Shown one piece after another: positions 62,258 to 64,000 of a stretch of 64,000 bases of DNA. A program made the position numbers and the translations under genes. Location of the stretch: assembly GCF_028641065.1 (NCBI RefSeq), contig NW_026575814.1:62001-126000 (forward strand), given 5' to 3'. Each line of letters starts with the position of its first letter. The stretch's first letter is position 1. Source of the stretch: Leucoraja erinacea. Taxonomy: Eukaryota. Below the pieces are notes generated by a model. It had not been told where the DNA came from, searched no databases, and worked only from the letters and a program-made list of their open reading frames with translations.

Positions 62258-63122
62258 AGAGGGATATGGATCAAATGCGGGCAAATGGGAATAGCTGAGA
62301 TGGCTCATCTTGGTCGGCATGGCGTGGACGAATTGGGTCGAATGGTCTATTTCTGTACAGTATGATTCTAGGAAGGTTCCCAATCAGAAACGTTGCCTGT
62401 CCATTCTCTCTTTGTTATTTAGACACCAGACATGTGGGTTTGTAGGTCAATTGGTGGGATAACATAGAACTAGTGTAAACGGATGATCAATGGACAGTAT
62501 CGACTCGATGGGCCGAATAGCCTGTTTCCATGCTATATCTTTTAATTCAATTCAGAATATGTGGGATGAGGCTATTTGTAGTTTGTTTGTTTGTTTGTTT
62601 GTCTTTTTGCAGGAGCATTTGCCACTTTTCATTTCACTGCACATCTCGTATGTGTATGTGACGAATAAACTTGACTTGACTTGAAAAGAGACACGAAAAG
62701 CTGGAGTAACTCAGCGGGACAGTTAGCATCTCTGGAGAGAAGGAATGGGTGACGTTTCGGGTCAAGACCATTCTTAGCCCTAACCCTAACCCATTTCTTA
62801 AAATGCTTATTTTAGAGTCAAACAGCACAGAAACAGGCCCTTCAGCCCAACTGGTCCATGCTAACCCAGATGTCCCATCTAAGTTAGTCCCACCTGCCCA
62901 CATTTCGCCTATATCCCTCTAAACCTTTCCTATCATGATCACAGTGAATGGCCGTGCTGGCTCGACGGGGCGAATGGCCTCCTCCTGCACCTATTGTCTA
63001 TTGTCCATCTGTGTGTTCAGGGAGGTTGCTTTGTGCACTGCACCTGTGCTGGTGCTTATGGTGAATGGAATATTTCCTGGCCTGTTATGAAATTTTAGCT
63101 TAGTTTAGTTTATTATTGTCAC

Positions 63123-63590
63123 ATAACCATATAACAATTACAGCACGGAAACAGGCCATCTCGACCCTTCTAGTCCGTGCCGAACACATAATCTCCCCTA
63201 GTCCCATATACCTGCGCTCAGACCATAACCCTCCATTCCCTTCCCATCCATATAACTATCCAATTTATTTTTAAATGATAAAAACGAACCTGCCTCCACC
63301 ACCTTCACTGGAAGCTCATTCCACACAGCTACCACTCTCTGAGTAAAGAAGTTCCCCCTCATGTTACCCCTAAACTTCAGTCCCTTAATTCTCAAGTCAT
63401 GTCCCCTTGTTTGAATCTTCCCTACTCTCAGTGGGAAAAGCTTTTCCACGTCAACTCTGTCTATCCCTCTCATCATTTTAAAAACCTCTATCAAGTCCCC
63501 CCTTAACCTTCTGCGCTCCAAAGAATAAAGCCCTAACTTGTTCAACCTTTCTCTGTAACTTAGTTGCTGAAACCCAGGCAACATTCTAGT
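63123..63590 (-). mobile_element. CR1 family B2 3' fragment
   Basis: ORF 63198-63584. Confidence 0.9.
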
Positions 63591-63738
63591 ACCGAGGTAC
63601 AGTGAAAAGTTATGTTTGCATGCTATCCAATCAAAGTAAAGAATATTACTTTGGACGGCATGGCTTCACAGCAGTAGACTTGCTTGTCTTACAGCGCCAG
63701 AGACCCGGGTTGGACCCTGAGCACGGGTGCTGCCAGTC

Positions 63739-64000
63739 CATAGAAACATAGAAATTAGGTGCAGGAGTAGGCCATTCGGCCCTTCGAGGCTGCACCGCCA
63801 TTCAATATGATCATGGCTGATCATCCAACTCAGTATCCCGTACCTGCCTTCTCTCCATACCCCCTGATCCCCATCTAACTCCCTCTTAAATATGAACTGG
63901 CCTCAACTACCCTCTGTGGCAGAGAGTTCCAGAGATTCACCACTCTCTGCGTGAAAAAAGTTCTTCTCATCTCGGTTTTAAAGGATTTTCCCCTTTATCC
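63739..64000 (-). mobile_element. CR1 family A 3' end (runs out of window)
   Basis: A-family tail and stem-loop. Confidence 0.9.

Noticed and set aside
62776-62791. Interstitial telomere (CCCTAA)n
   Set aside because: Only about 2.5 units, too short to call.

Overview
Vertebrate genomic DNA, not prokaryotic. It is most likely from a cartilaginous fish (skate/ray), inferred from HE1-type V-SINEs and HER1/CR1-type LINEs. Most of the window is nested transposable elements, and nearly all ORFs in the supplied track are TE fragments or antisense shadows. The TEs include about 50 5'-truncated copies of two young CR1-clade LINE families (A: (TTTCTATG)n tail; B: (TATATGGT)n tail, subfamilies B1/B2). 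Also present are Rex1/Babar, L2, L1/Tx1 and RTE fragments, tRNA-derived V-SINEs, Penelope remnants carrying minimal hammerhead-ribozyme motifs, several TIR/TSD-bounded MITEs, a non-autonomous Helitron and two minisatellites. Between the TEs are small host exons that the ORF track misses. (i) The 3' end of a + strand type I membrane-protein gene: TM exon 6428-6559, tail exons 9438-9467 and 11452-11554/11573, and a likely terminal exon from 13609 with tandem AATAAA at 14337-14348. (ii) A CpG-rich promoter and signal-peptide exon (60784-60859) of a second + strand gene. The phase-1 exon layout resembles MHC class I/Ig-superfamily genes, but no ectodomain exon lies in the window, so identity is unresolved. 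A weakly supported chain of - strand micro-exons is also reported. TE boundaries are approximate unless a TSD/TIR is quoted.
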